From NCBI GenBank assembly GCA_944332705.1, contig CALVKM010000005.1:3618-67617 (forward strand): a stretch of DNA of 64,000 bases, read 5' to 3'. This document shows positions 30,459 to 39,688 of the stretch, one piece after another (position 1 is the first letter of the stretch; each line of letters begins with the position of its first letter). This DNA comes from an uncultured Bacilli bacterium (lineage in GTDB: Bacteria; Bacillota_I; Bacilli_A; RF39; UBA660). Position numbers and translations under genes: made by a program. The notes beneath the pieces were generated by a model. The model was not told the DNA's origin. It did not search any database and worked only from the letters and a program-made list of their open reading frames with translations.

Positions 30459-30995
30459 ATGATTAAAGTAATTGCTTTTGATTTAGTAGGTGTCTTAATA
30501 ACCGAAAAAGATATAATTTTAAATGATACTGAAGAAAAGATAGAAAGATTATTCGGAGCTAATGAAAGTGATGAAGATTATATAAATAAAGCAAAACTTA
30601 TTACTAACGAAAATATTATAGATATTACTAAAAATATAATTAATAAATTATATGTTGTAAAAGATAGAGATATTTTTAGAAAAATTAAAGAAAAGTATCA
30701 AGTAAAAATAATTATAGCTACTAATCATGTATTCTTTATTAAAGATTACATTGTAAATAATTTGGATATTGAAAATATTGATGATATAATAATATCAGCA
30801 AAGATTAATAAAATAAAACCTAATAAAGATTTTTATGAGTACATATTAGATAAATATAATATAAAAAATAATGAATTATTATTTATTGATGATAATATAA
30901 AAAATATTAATGCCGCAGCAAGTATGAATATAAATACAATAAAAGTAAATAAAGATACAGATATATTATTAAGTATTAAAAAATATATGGAGTAA
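30459..30995 (+). CDS. HAD-superfamily hydrolase with atypical motif I
   Basis: Motif I reads FDLVGVL, with Val in place of the second Asp. Motif IV FIDDNIKNINAA is present. Confidence 0.65.
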   Translation: MIKVIAFDLVGVLITEKDIILNDTEEKIERLFGANESDEDYINKAKLITNENIIDITKNIINKLYVVKDRDIFRKIKEKYQVKIIIATNHVFFIKDYIVNNLDIENIDDIIISAKINKIKPNKDFYEYILDKYNIKNNELLFIDDNIKNINAAASMNINTIKVNKDTDILLSIKKYME

Positions 30996-31000
30996 TAGTT

Positions 31001-31537
31001 ATGAATAAATTATATATAATTAGACATGGTAAAACTGATTGGAACAATTTAAGACTTATGCAAGGAAGAGTAGATATTCCCCTAAATGAAGAAGGAAGAG
31101 ATGATGCTGTTAAACTTGCTTCAAGTATTAATTTGAGTGATATAGATATTTGTTTATCATCTCCTCTTAAGAGGGCTCGAGAAACAGCAGAAATAATTGT
31201 CCAAAATAAATTAAAAATTATTTATGATGATTTATTAATTGAAAGAAATTTTGGAGATTATGAAGGATGCGAAGTTAATTTTGATTTAATACAAAAACAG
31301 TGGGATTATAATTTAAATGATAAAAGTGGTAATATTGAAAGTATTAAAGAGTGTTTAAATAGAGCTAAATTTTTTTTAGATAAACTAAAAAAAGATTATC
31401 CTAATAAAATCATATTAATAATATCACATGGAAGTTTTATTAAAGCATTACATTTTAATATTATAGGATATGATGAGAATACAGACTTTTTATCTTTTAG
31501 ACCCGCAAATACAAGGATTTATGAATATGATTATTAG
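31001..31537 (+). CDS. histidine phosphatase family protein (phosphoglycerate mutase-like)
   Basis: IIRHGKTDWN catalytic RHG motif and a downstream ISHGSF. Confidence 0.85.
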   Translation: MNKLYIIRHGKTDWNNLRLMQGRVDIPLNEEGRDDAVKLASSINLSDIDICLSSPLKRARETAEIIVQNKLKIIYDDLLIERNFGDYEGCEVNFDLIQKQWDYNLNDKSGNIESIKECLNRAKFFLDKLKKDYPNKIILIISHGSFIKALHFNIIGYDENTDFLSFRPANTRIYEYDY

Positions 31538-31546
31538 AGGTGTAGT

Positions 31547-31861
31547 ATGAATAGTGCTAAATTTACAATGATTGATGAGAATTTTAAGTGTGTAGTCTGT
31601 GGCAAAATGGTAGAAAAATTAGGCTACAGTGCAAGAGATCATTGCCCATATTGTTTATGCTCTTTGCATGTAGATATTAATCCTGGAGATAGATTATGTG
31701 ATTGTTTGGGAGTGCTTGTTCCTATTGGAGTAGAAAAGGGTAGGAAAGACACTTTAAAAATAGTCTATAAATGTAATAAATGTGGAATGATTAAAAGAAA
31801 TGTTGCAACCAGAGATGATAACTTTGATAAAATATTAGAGATAATGAAAGGTGTAAAATGA
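31547..31861 (+). CDS. RNHCP domain protein (zinc-ribbon, unknown function)
   Basis: CVVCGK...RDHCPYCLCSLHVD...CDC...CNKCG matches the Cys/His pattern of the RNHCP domain. Confidence 0.65.
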   Translation: MNSAKFTMIDENFKCVVCGKMVEKLGYSARDHCPYCLCSLHVDINPGDRLCDCLGVLVPIGVEKGRKDTLKIVYKCNKCGMIKRNVATRDDNFDKILEIMKGVK

Positions 31862-32265
31862 ATGGAAATAGAATTATAGTTCATGGATTAATTAAAGTAG
31901 ATGAAAAATATTTAATTATTAAAAGGTCAGTTAATGAGACATCATATCCGGAATTTTGGGATATCCCCGGCGGACTTGCAGAATTAAAAGAATTACCCAA
32001 AGAGGCATTAATTAGAGAGATAAAAGAAGAAATAGGGTTAAAAGCCTTACCTATTAAAATAATTCATGAAGATAGTAATCTTGATGAAAACAAAGATATG
32101 ATTTTTATTAGACTCGTATACTTATGTAATTTAGAAGATGATATTAAAAATATTAAATTAGATTTAAATGAACATTCTGAATATAAATTAATTGATAGTT
32201 TAATGAGTTTAGAAAATGAAAATGTTTTACCATATTTATTAGATATATTAAAGGAGTTATTATGA
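31858..32265 (+). CDS. Nudix hydrolase
   Basis: Perfect Nudix box GLAELKELPKEALIREIKEEIGL. ATGA overlap with the upstream gene. Confidence 0.85.
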   Translation: MNGNRIIVHGLIKVDEKYLIIKRSVNETSYPEFWDIPGGLAELKELPKEALIREIKEEIGLKALPIKIIHEDSNLDENKDMIFIRLVYLCNLEDDIKNIKLDLNEHSEYKLIDSLMSLENENVLPYLLDILKELL

Positions 32266-32377
32266 GACAGCCACATCAAATATTAGCATTTCCCTATAAT
32301 AAAGATGATTAAGGTAGTAATAAAAATGCTTTATGGGAATTAAATTATAGATTGTTAAATAATAAAATGGAGTGAGT

Positions 32378-33376
32378 ATGATTGAAGAGAGTGTTTTAAC
32401 CAATGAATTAATAGCGGATATAATTAAAAAACAATATAATATAGATGTTATAAAAATAGAAAAAATAAATAAAGGTAGTGCTAATTTATATTCACTTAAT
32501 AATAATACTTATGTGTTAAAAGAATTTCAAACTAAATATAGTGAAGAAGATATAAAAAGAGAAGTATTAGTTATTAATCATTTAAAAAAAGATAATATTC
32601 CAACTTCAGAATATATTAAAACAATTGATAATAATTATTGCTTTAAATATAATGGTAAAGTAATAATCCTACAAAAATTTATTGAGAGATATACAATGAT
32701 GCCAAATACCGCAGATTATAATCAATTATTAGAATCGGCAACATATTTAGGTAAAATTGTGGCATCTTTAAAGACATTAAAAACAGATTTACCACTTAAA
32801 GATATAACTTGTTCTAAAGAAGAGATAGATAAAGGAATTTTAAAACATAAGAATTTATTAAATAAAACTAATAATGAAAATATAAAAAATGATATATTAG
32901 AAAAAATAAAAATGTTAGAAGAACTTAAGAACAAAATAAATTATAATGATATAAAAAATATGTCAATTATGAATACCCATGGTGATTATAGTGTTATGCA
33001 ATTTATTTATAAAGATAATAAAATAAATGCTATAATTGATTTTGTATCAGCTTGTAAAACTAAAATATCATGGGAAATTATAAGATCATATAGTTATATT
33101 GATTCTAAATCTAAAGAAGGTATTATTGATATAAATAATTTAATAAGTTATATAAAAGAGTTTAGTAAATATGTTAAATTAAATAAGTATGATATTAAAT
33201 ATATGCCATATTTATATTTAGTAAAATTATTAACTAGTACTTATGGTTATAAAGAATATATTAATGATAATACTAAAATAGATTTATTAGAATTTGCGAT
33301 ATTTAGAACAAAATTATGTAGATATTTATTTGATAATGCAAGTGATATTTCTATTAAGTTAATGGAGGCCTTATGA
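32378..33376 (+). CDS. aminoglycoside/choline-kinase-family phosphotransferase (APH-like)
   Basis: HGDYSVMQF catalytic loop and IIDF (DFG-equivalent). GGAG RBS precedes ATG 32378. Confidence 0.65.
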   Translation: MIEESVLTNELIADIIKKQYNIDVIKIEKINKGSANLYSLNNNTYVLKEFQTKYSEEDIKREVLVINHLKKDNIPTSEYIKTIDNNYCFKYNGKVIILQKFIERYTMMPNTADYNQLLESATYLGKIVASLKTLKTDLPLKDITCSKEEIDKGILKHKNLLNKTNNENIKNDILEKIKMLEELKNKINYNDIKNMSIMNTHGDYSVMQFIYKDNKINAIIDFVSACKTKISWEIIRSYSYIDSKSKEGIIDINNLISYIKEFSKYVKLNKYDIKYMPYLYLVKLLTSTYGYKEYINDNTKIDLLEFAIFRTKLCRYLFDNASDISIKLMEAL

Positions 33377-33852
33377 ATAAAGATATTGTAATAAATAATG
33401 ATGATTTTGTATTTAATTTTCGAGTTGCGTCAGTAATTAGAAATAAAGATAAAATATTAGTTCAAGTAAATAAAAAGGCTGGGCATTTAACACTACCGGG
33501 AGGTAGATGTGAAATAAATGAAGATACAATAAATACAAGTATTAGAGAATTTAGAGAGGAAACAGGTATAGATACTTTATTTGTTAAATCTTTAGGTATA
33601 ATTGAAAACTTTTTTGTGTCTGCATTTTATAATAAAAAGTTTCATGAAATCTTAATGGTTAATGAAATTAAATTTAAAGATAAAAGTAATTATTTATTAG
33701 ATGAAATAGTAAATATTGAAAATAAAAAACAAAATGATATAAAATTTATATGGAAGAGTATTGATGAATTAAAAGATTTAAATTTTAAACCTAAAGTATT
33801 ATTTAAGGTTATAGAATCTAAAGAATTTATTCATTTAATAAATAGGGATTAG
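33373..33852 (+). CDS. Nudix hydrolase
   Basis: Perfect Nudix box GRCEINEDTINTSIREFREETGI. Confidence 0.85.
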   Translation: MNKDIVINNDDFVFNFRVASVIRNKDKILVQVNKKAGHLTLPGGRCEINEDTINTSIREFREETGIDTLFVKSLGIIENFFVSAFYNKKFHEILMVNEIKFKDKSNYLLDEIVNIENKKQNDIKFIWKSIDELKDLNFKPKVLFKVIESKEFIHLINRD

Positions 33853-33865
33853 AAAGGATGGTATT

Positions 33866-34981
33866 ATGAATATAGTAAAACCAGATTATAATAGAAGTGT
33901 ACTTTCAATATCTTCATCAATTATGAAGTATTATAATGTTGATAGTAATTATAAAAGTTTAAAAGAATTAGATGATATATTAAATAAAGAATATCGAAAT
34001 ATTGTCTATTTAATTATTGATGGTATGGGATTTAATATAATGCGTTCTACTTTAAGTGATGATGCTTTTTTAAATAAACATACATTAACAAATGTTACAA
34101 CAGTATTGCCTTCATCAACTGTACCAGCAACAACAGCTATTCATTCTGGTTTATCACCACTAGAAAGTGGTTGGGTAGGTTGGATGCAATATATAAAAGA
34201 AAAAAATTGTATGATTGAAATGTATTCAGGAAGAGATTATTATACTAGAAAAGTAATTAAAGATATATCTTATAAAGAAGACTTAAAATATACTAGAATA
34301 TATGATTTAATATGTTCTAAAAATAGTGATATTAACTTCCACTTGCTTTTTCCGGCGTTTGCTCCGAATGGTTCTAAAACATTTGAAGAATTATGTGAAA
34401 AAATTGAGTATGCTTGCAATAATGAAGGTAAAAATTTAATATCGGCTTATTGGGATGAATTTGATACTACAATGCATCACTTTGGAGTTGGTAGTAAAGA
34501 AGCTACAGAAGTTTTAACAAAAATTAATAAAAATTTAGAAAAACTTGCTAAAGAATTAGATGACACTTTAATAATTATTACTGCAGATCATGGTCAAGTT
34601 AATATAAAAGAAGTATATTTAAATGATTATCCAGATATTGATGCTTGTTTAAAAATGCCACCATCTATAGAATTTAGATTTGTAACATTTTTTATTAAAG
34701 ATAATATGCATGAAGAATTTGTTAAATCTTTAGATAAACACTTTAAGGGTAAATATATTTTATATACTAAAGAAGAATTTTTAAATTGTGGTTTGCTTGG
34801 TATGGGAGTTAAACATAAAAGAATTGATGATTTCTTTGGTGATTATGTACTTATTAGTACATCAGATTTATCATTTAGTTATACTACTACTGGTAAGAAA
34901 GACAAACCTATAGTTGGTAATCATGGTGGTATGACAGAAGATGAAATGTTAGTGCCAATTATATGTATTGAATGTAAATAA
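33866..34981 (+). CDS. alkaline-phosphatase-superfamily protein (nucleotide pyrophosphatase/phosphodiesterase-like)
   Basis: LIIDGMGFN, LPSSTVPATTAIHSG, ADHGQ and GNHGG metal and nucleophile motifs. Confidence 0.65.
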   Translation: MNIVKPDYNRSVLSISSSIMKYYNVDSNYKSLKELDDILNKEYRNIVYLIIDGMGFNIMRSTLSDDAFLNKHTLTNVTTVLPSSTVPATTAIHSGLSPLESGWVGWMQYIKEKNCMIEMYSGRDYYTRKVIKDISYKEDLKYTRIYDLICSKNSDINFHLLFPAFAPNGSKTFEELCEKIEYACNNEGKNLISAYWDEFDTTMHHFGVGSKEATEVLTKINKNLEKLAKELDDTLIIITADHGQVNIKEVYLNDYPDIDACLKMPPSIEFRFVTFFIKDNMHEEFVKSLDKHFKGKYILYTKEEFLNCGLLGMGVKHKRIDDFFGDYVLISTSDLSFSYTTTGKKDKPIVGNHGGMTEDEMLVPIICIECK

Positions 34982-34982
34982 A

Positions 34983-35017
34983 AATATGAAAAACAACTTT
35001 GCTTTTTCATATTTTTT
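34983..35017 (+). terminator. rho-independent terminator ending the rsgA-led gene string
   Basis: AATATGAAAAA / TTTTTCATATT 11-bp stem followed by a T-run. Confidence 0.7.
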
Positions 35018-35029
35018 ATTGCAATTAAA

Positions 35030-35479
35030 ATGATTAAAGTTTATAATTTAGATATGAAAGAAAAATTGTTAGAAGTAAAACTATATGAGTTAGGATATTG
35101 TAGTGAGTCAGAATATACAAGAGTTGTTTGTGTTTGTAAGTATAAAGACAAATTTGTTTTTTGCTACAATAAAAAAAGAAATGGTTATGAAATACCTGGA
35201 GGACATATTGAAGAAAATGAATCTTGGCGAGATGCGGCAGTAAGAGAAATGTGTGAAGAAATTGGAGCAACCAAAGTAGTACTTACTCCAATATGTGTTT
35301 ATAAGATAAGTACTTTTGCATTGCTTGTCTCTTGTGAAGTATTAGAGATGGGTAATTTACCAACAGGTTATGAAACATCTAGTATTTTACTATCTGATGA
35401 TTTACCAGATAATCTAACATATCCTGATACTTATATAAAATTATTTAGAAGAGCAAAATCTTTTTTGGAGGATGAATGA
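35030..35479 (+). CDS. Nudix hydrolase
   Basis: Nudix box GHIEENESWRDAAVREMCEEIGA. Confidence 0.85.
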   Translation: MIKVYNLDMKEKLLEVKLYELGYCSESEYTRVVCVCKYKDKFVFCYNKKRNGYEIPGGHIEENESWRDAAVREMCEEIGATKVVLTPICVYKISTFALLVSCEVLEMGNLPTGYETSSILLSDDLPDNLTYPDTYIKLFRRAKSFLEDE

Positions 35480-36036
35480 AGCAAGTTACTATGGTTACTG
35501 GCAATATTGGTAAGTGGCAAGTTGCTAGTGAAATATTTAAAAAATACAATGTTGAATTATTACATGAAAAAATGGATACTTTTGAGATTCAATCGCATGA
35601 AGTTGAAGAAGTATCTAAATATTCGGCTTTTTATGCCGCGGAAAAACTGGAGAGGCCAGTAATAAAATCGGATGTTGGTTATTTTATCGAATCTCTAAAT
35701 GGATTTCCTGGTCCATTTTTAAGATATATCAATGATTATTTAACTAGTGAAGAAATATTAAAATTAATGGAAGATAAAGAAAATAGAACAATTCTTTTAA
35801 AAGAATGTTTAACATTTGCAACTCCAAATGGCGAATGTATTCAATTTGTAAGTATTGAAAAAGCCAGTATTTCTAAAATTTCTATGGGCAGTGGTACTAC
35901 TTTTGATAGAATAGTCATATTTGACGGGTATGATAAACCAAAATCTATGAATAGTGAAGAGGATAATATTAAACACTTTGAAAAACAATTAGATATATAT
36001 GATAAAATGGCCAAATATTTAGAAAGTAGGGAATGA
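35476..36036 (+). CDS. non-canonical purine NTP pyrophosphatase (Ham1/RdgB/ITPase family)
   Basis: N-terminal VTGNIGKWQVASEIF (TGN.GK..E signature), 186 aa. Confidence 0.7.
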   Translation: MKQVTMVTGNIGKWQVASEIFKKYNVELLHEKMDTFEIQSHEVEEVSKYSAFYAAEKLERPVIKSDVGYFIESLNGFPGPFLRYINDYLTSEEILKLMEDKENRTILLKECLTFATPNGECIQFVSIEKASISKISMGSGTTFDRIVIFDGYDKPKSMNSEEDNIKHFEKQLDIYDKMAKYLESRE

Positions 36037-36587
36037 TAGTGATAGATAAAATTCAAAAATATTTTATCAAAGAATCTTTAGAATATGAAAATAAAAGTGG
36101 TTATAACTATTGGGATAATCATGTAAAATATGTTGTTGATATAGCAGAGAATTTAGCAAGTAGAGTAAATGCCGATAAAGAAATAGTAGTAATTAGTGCT
36201 ATATTACATGATATAGCTAAAGTTTTAGAAAAGGATATTGATAAACCTCATAACCTAGTTGGAGCCAAGATAGCAGAAGAATTATTATTAAAAGAGGGTT
36301 ATGATAAAGAAAAAATAGAGAAAGTAAAACTTTGTATTATACATCATAGTGGTTCTTTAGATACGGAAATATCTAAAGAAGAATGGTGTGTTAGAAATGC
36401 TGATATTATTTCAATGTTTAATAATATTACCATATTTTATTATCTAGCTATCAATGAATATAAATTAAATTATAATGAAGCTAGAAAATGGGTAAAAGAT
36501 ATGATTTCATCTAAATATGAAAATTTAGATGAAGATCTAAAGAGAGAATATGATAATTTATTTGATACAATTTATAATGCTATTTAA
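36033..36587 (+). CDS. HD-domain phosphohydrolase
   Basis: ILHDIAK and IIHHSG metal-binding His/Asp motifs. Confidence 0.75.
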   Translation: MIVIDKIQKYFIKESLEYENKSGYNYWDNHVKYVVDIAENLASRVNADKEIVVISAILHDIAKVLEKDIDKPHNLVGAKIAEELLLKEGYDKEKIEKVKLCIIHHSGSLDTEISKEEWCVRNADIISMFNNITIFYYLAINEYKLNYNEARKWVKDMISSKYENLDEDLKREYDNLFDTIYNAI

Positions 36588-36641
36588 TTTTTAATAAAGA
36601 TATGGTATTATATTTTAAATGAGAAAGTTAGGTGATTATCA

Positions 36642-37157
36642 ATGAAAGAAATTTTATATAATTATGATAATTTGAGTAAAGAGCAAATAGATGAGACAAT
36701 TATTAGGACTAAAGCTGTTATTGTTAATAATAAAGATATTATTTTAGGATATTCACATAAAACTTTTCAATTTCCAGGAGGACATTTAGAAGATGGAGAA
36801 ACATTAGAGGAATGTTTAATAAGAGAAATAAAAGAAGAAACGGGAATAAATGCTATTAAAGAAAATTGTACTTTATTTGAAAAAATAATTTATTTTAACA
36901 AAAATTATCACAATTCAGGAAAAAATCGTTGTAATGAAATATATTATTTTATTGTTAAAACAAATGAAAATTTTGATAATAATAAATTAAAATTAGATGA
37001 AAAAGAAAAAAAAGGTAATTTTAAAGTAATAGCTATTCCTTTGAAAAATATTGAAGAAGTATTAATTAAAAGTATTCCCGATAATCCAATAAATGAGATT
37101 ATTGTAGAAGAAATGCTTGATATAATAAAAGAATATAAAAAAATAACAAGTAAATAA
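36642..37157 (+). CDS. Nudix hydrolase
   Basis: Nudix box GHLEDGETLEECLIREIKEETGI. Confidence 0.85.
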   Translation: MKEILYNYDNLSKEQIDETIIRTKAVIVNNKDIILGYSHKTFQFPGGHLEDGETLEECLIREIKEETGINAIKENCTLFEKIIYFNKNYHNSGKNRCNEIYYFIVKTNENFDNNKLKLDEKEKKGNFKVIAIPLKNIEEVLIKSIPDNPINEIIVEEMLDIIKEYKKITSK

Positions 37158-37195
37158 ATGTTGATTAATGTTATAGTAGATTATATTATGTATAT

Positions 37196-37370
37196 TATAG
37201 AGAGTTTATGGTTGGTGAAAATAAACATATAATATAATTGAATTACCCATTATGAGTTTATAGGTGGTTACTTTATAGCCAAATAAAGTGTATGAATTTT
37301 TATTCATAAAATAAGGTGGTACCGCGGATTAATTCGTCCTTATAGGAAGAATTAACTGCGGTTTTTATTT
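37196..37370 (+). promoter_or_regulatory. T-box leader (Tyr) with terminator
   Basis: Promoter TTGATT-17-TATTAT at 37161-37189. Stem I start TAGAGAGTTTATGGTTGGTGAAA. Canonical T-box AAGGTGGTACCGCGG at 37313-37327. Terminator CGCGGATTAATTC...GAATTAACTGCG plus T5. UAC (37244) and UAU-A (37259) are candidate specifiers. Confidence 0.85.
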
Positions 37371-37390
37371 TAAAGGAGGAGAGAATTTTA

Positions 37391-38587
37391 ATGAAAAGAG
37401 AAGAAAAAATTGATTTGGTTTTGAGGAGAACAGTTGAGGTTTATAATAAAGATACTTTATTAGAAAAATTAAACAGTGGTAGAAAGTTGGTAGTAAAATT
37501 AGGAGCGGATCCCTCAAGACCTGATTTGCATTTAGGACATACTGTCCCCTTAAGGGCTTTAAAAATATTACAAGAATTAGGTCATGAAATAGTCTTTGTT
37601 ATTGGAGATTTTACTGCTATGATAGGGGACCCATCAGGAAGGTCTAAAACAAGACCGGCATTATCTTTTGAAGAAACTAAAAAAAATGGTGAAACTTATT
37701 TTAAACAAGTCTCTAAAATATTAGACCCATCAAAAATAAGAATTGTTTATAATTCTGAATGGTTAGGCAAGATGACATTTGAAGATGTGGTTAAATTATG
37801 TGGAAAATATACAGTGGCCAGAATTCTTGAACGAGACGATTTTAGTACAAGATTTAAAAATAATATTCCTATTGGAATACATGAATTTTTATATCCTTTA
37901 ATGCAAGGTTATGATAGTGTTGCTTTACATGCTGATATTGAAATTGGTGGAACTGATCAAACCTTTAATTTATTAGTAGGAAGAGAATTACAAAAAGATT
38001 ATGGCCAAGAACCTCAAGATGTAATGTGTTTTCCTTTACTTGTAGGTATAGATGGTAAAGAAAAAATGAGCAAATCATTAGGTAATTATATTGGTATAGA
38101 TGAATCTCCAGAAATAATGTTTGAAAAATCTATGAGAATACCTGATGATGTATTGTTTGATTATTTTAGATTAACAACTGATATGGATTTAGATAAAGTA
38201 AAAGTTGAAATGGAAAAAGATATAGTTGAAGCTCATAAAATTTATGCTAGAGAAATTATTAAAATGTATCATGGCGAAGAATTTATTGAATATGCTGAAG
38301 AAAGATATGCAACTGTTGCTAAAGGTGGCGTACCAGAAAACATTGATGTTTATGAACTTGATAAGACTTCTATAGATAATGGAATTCTAATAACAGATTT
38401 ATTAGTTAAATCAGGTATTGTTCCATCAAAATCTGAAGGCAAGAGAATGATTGAACAAAATGGAATAAGCATAAATGGTATTAAAGAAACTAATTCTTCT
38501 AAAATGATTACTATTAACGATTTTGTAGATAATGAAATAATTATTCAGAAGGGTAAAAAAAGTTTTAAGAAAGTAGTATTAGTTTAA
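37391..38587 (+). CDS. tyrS: tyrosine--tRNA ligase
   Basis: PDLHLGH (HIGH) and KMSKS motifs and a C-terminal S4 domain, 398 aa. Confidence 0.93.
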   Translation: MKREEKIDLVLRRTVEVYNKDTLLEKLNSGRKLVVKLGADPSRPDLHLGHTVPLRALKILQELGHEIVFVIGDFTAMIGDPSGRSKTRPALSFEETKKNGETYFKQVSKILDPSKIRIVYNSEWLGKMTFEDVVKLCGKYTVARILERDDFSTRFKNNIPIGIHEFLYPLMQGYDSVALHADIEIGGTDQTFNLLVGRELQKDYGQEPQDVMCFPLLVGIDGKEKMSKSLGNYIGIDESPEIMFEKSMRIPDDVLFDYFRLTTDMDLDKVKVEMEKDIVEAHKIYAREIIKMYHGEEFIEYAEERYATVAKGGVPENIDVYELDKTSIDNGILITDLLVKSGIVPSKSEGKRMIEQNGISINGIKETNSSKMITINDFVDNEIIIQKGKKSFKKVVLV

Positions 38588-38593
38588 TTAAAG

Positions 38594-38624
38594 AAATAGC
38601 CAGATTCTATCTTGGCTATTTTTA
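38594..38624 (+). terminator. rho-independent terminator of tyrS
   Basis: AAATAGCCA...TGGCTATTT hairpin then T5. Confidence 0.7.
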
Positions 38625-38715
38625 GTGTTATTGTTACAATATTATATAAAAAGTGTCTTAATTTTGTTTAATTGATATGCTATAATATTTGTAGTTAGTT
38701 GTATTTAAATATTAA

Positions 38716-39174
38716 AGGAAAGGATTAAATAAGAGAATATCAAGCCGAGCAATTATTTTTAAAGATAACAAAGTTGTATTAATTTATCGTAAGAGGGATT
38801 ATCAATAATACTATGTTTTTCCAGGTGGCAAAGTAGAAGATGGCGAAACAAACGAGGAATGTGTAATTCGTGAATGTAAAGAAGAACTCGGTATAGATAT
38901 TAAACCAATAAAGTATATTTATGAAGTGAAAGGTCCAGATTTTATTCAACATTTCTTTTTATGTGAGTGGGTATCGGGAGTATTAGGTACTGGAGATAAA
39001 GAAGAATATGATGTTAATCGCCAAGGGGGAGTACAAATTCCTATGCTTATAGATACAAAGTCATTAAAAAAACTTAATATTGTTTCTCCAGAAATAATAA
39101 CCGAGTTATGTATTGATATAAATAAGTTTGGTTTAAATTTAGATGATAATGTTAAAACAATTATTGAAAAATAA
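38716..39174 (+). pseudogene. Nudix hydrolase pseudogene (no start codon, in-frame TAA)
   Basis: The frame reads GKGLNKRISSRAIIFKDNKVVLIYRKRDYQ-TAA(38806-38808)-YYVFPGGKVEDGETNEECVIRECKEELGI. There is no ATG/GTG/TTG between RBS AAAGGAAAGGA and the stop. ORF 38926..39174 is its tail. Confidence 0.75.
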
Positions 39175-39202
39175 ATTTTAAATTGAAAGGATATTAAATA
39201 AT

Positions 39203-39688
39203 ATGAAAATAGAACAGGCAAAAATATCAGATGCTTCAAAAATAGTTGATATAAATATTAATGAATGGATTAATACTTATACAGGAATATTTCCAACCGA
39301 TTTTTTAAAAAAATTAAAAAATAAAAAAGAAGAAAGTATTGAAAAATGTAAAAATAAGATTAATGAATATGTTGTTTGTAAAATAGATAATCAAGTTATA
39401 GGATTTTTAAGATATGGAAAAAATAAAAAAGGATACTCTGATGAATATTGTGAAATTTATTCATTATATATAGATAAAAATTATCAACATAAAGGAATAG
39501 GTAGTGATCTAATTGCTTATGCATTTGAAATTTTAAAATCACAATATAAATATGTGTTAATAAGTACATTGGTTCAAAATAGTGCTAATGAGTTTTATCA
39601 AAAAATCGGTGGAGAGCTGTTAAAACAGATTGATTTCAAGTTAGAGAGCAATGTTTATCAAGAAAATTTATATTTATTTACTTTATAA
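39203..39688 (+). CDS. GNAT family N-acetyltransferase
   Basis: 161 aa with the acetyl-CoA binding motif QHKGIGSDLIAYAFE. Confidence 0.8.
   Translation: MKIEQAKISDASKIVDININEWINTYTGIFPTDFLKKLKNKKEESIEKCKNKINEYVVCKIDNQVIGFLRYGKNKKGYSDEYCEIYSLYIDKNYQHKGIGSDLIAYAFEILKSQYKYVLISTLVQNSANEFYQKIGGELLKQIDFKLESNVYQENLYLFTL

Noticed and set aside
27905-38808. Two in-frame TAA codons (27905, 38806) as evidence of stop-codon reassignment or programmed readthrough
   Set aside because: TAA terminates many well-delimited genes here (spoIVA, rpoB, rpoC, recA, tyrS among them). Ordinary nonsense mutations in dispensable genes are the simpler explanation.
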